Shown: piece by piece, positions 63,278 to 64,000 of the stretch
How the letters are laid out: each line of letters begins with the position of its first letter
Position numbering within the stretch: the stretch's first letter is position 1
DNA from: an uncultured Gemmatimonadales bacterium
GTDB taxonomy: Bacteria > Gemmatimonadota > Gemmatimonadetes > Gemmatimonadales > GWC2-71-9
DNA length: 64,000 nucleotides
Assembly (NCBI GenBank): GCA_963779755.1
Contig: CAVZZO010000003.1
Location: 992,001-1,056,000 of the forward strand
Direction: 5' to 3'
Program-made: the position numbers and the translations under genes
The notes under the pieces: model-generated
The model's database searches: none
Told to the model about the DNA's origin: nothing
Seen by the model: the letters and a program-made list of their open reading frames with translations, nothing else

Positions 63278-64000
63278 TCAGGGCCGCTCGGTCGAAGCCG
63301 GCGCCGGAGGACAGGTCAGGAAGTCTCCATCCGCCGCCAGGCCCGGCTCCTGGGGCACCAGCCGATACAGCACGGCCTCGATCCGCTGAAAGATACGCAG
63401 CGGCAGGGGAAAGCTGGCCCGGTCCCAGGTGCGAACCTTGATGGATCGAATGCTCGCGAGATTGGCCCCGGCGATGTCGGTAAAGTACTGGTCTCCGATC
63501 ATGACGGCCCGGCCCCGCGGGACATTGCCAAGCGAGGCCAGTACGCCGTCGAGATACTCCCCGCTGGGCTTCTTCACCGGCCGCAGCCCGTGGGCACCCG
63601 CCGGCCGGGGCGCACCGTTCCAGGTCTCCTGATGTTGGTACAGTCGCCGCAGCAGCATGCTGGTTCCTTCACGATAGGCCTTGAACACCGGCACGGCGGG
63701 AAAGATCTCGCCCAGGTCCCGGTAGCGATCCTCGCCACAGTTGGACACGATGGCGTGGCGCGTGCCGGGCAGCGACCTGAGGCGCTCCCACGCGCTCCGC
63801 AACTCTCCCGCCACCTCGCGGGCGTGATGGGACATCAGAGTGCCGTCCACATCCCAGAGGATCGCCTCCACCCCGGCCTCGCGGAGGCAGTCGGGATCCA
63901 GTGCGCGGATATCGTCCCGGCTCGCCGTCGGCCGGAGACGCCGGACCAGCCGGAAGAAGTCCGGGAGGGCTTGCCGGGTGGTAACGATCCAGTCGCTTCT
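63278..64000 (-). CDS. HAD-superfamily phosphatase (YqeG-like); 5' end lies outside the window
   Basis: WDVDGTL, IVSN, KKP, MIGDQYFTDIAGAN. The frame stays open to base 64000. Confidence 0.8.
   Translation of the reverse strand, partial: RSDWIVTTRQALPDFFRLVRRLRPTASRDDIRALDPDCLREAGVEAILWDVDGTLMSHHAREVAGELRSAWERLRSLPGTRHAIVSNCGEDRYRDLGEIFPAVPVFKAYREGTSMLLRRLYQHQETWNGAPRPAGAHGLRPVKKPSGEYLDGVLASLGNVPRGRAVMIGDQYFTDIAGANLASIRSIKVRTWDRASFPLPLRIFQRIEAVLYRLVPQEPGLAADGDFLTCPPAPASTERP

Overview
A GC-rich, gene-dense bacterial chromosome segment. Gene content and style suggest Gemmatimonadota, but this is an inference only. I found no rRNA, tRNA, CRISPR array, transposase, integrase or phage gene. In order, the window holds: an Ig-like surface protein; a minus-strand operon that looks like an uncharacterised catabolic pathway (peptide-type ABC binding protein, GHMP kinase, heparinase II/III-like lyase, class III aminotransferase, two amidohydrolases, DHDPS-like aldolase, DHODH-like FMN barrel, OSBS/NAAAR enolase); ABC permeases and a GH38 mannosidase; a MoxR-DUF58-DUF4350-DUF4129-RDD/SpoIIM cluster; a frameshifted site-2 protease; rho-ruvX-mltG; thiE; an RlmI-like methyltransferase; an orphan formate dehydrogenase alpha subunit; tdh-kbl; mpg, a NYN protein, an acyl-CoA ligase and wecB; and an exopolysaccharide/exosortase locus with candidate sigma-54 promoters. 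The most unusual features are non-coding: (1) a 1.2-kb array of six direct copies of a strongly self-complementary 111-bp unit joined by reused linkers, between mltG and thiE; (2) a window-wide family of inverted pairs of 7-9-bp tandem repeats placed at gene junctions; (3) a rod-like 160-180-nt candidate structured RNA, possibly 6S-like, after kbl.
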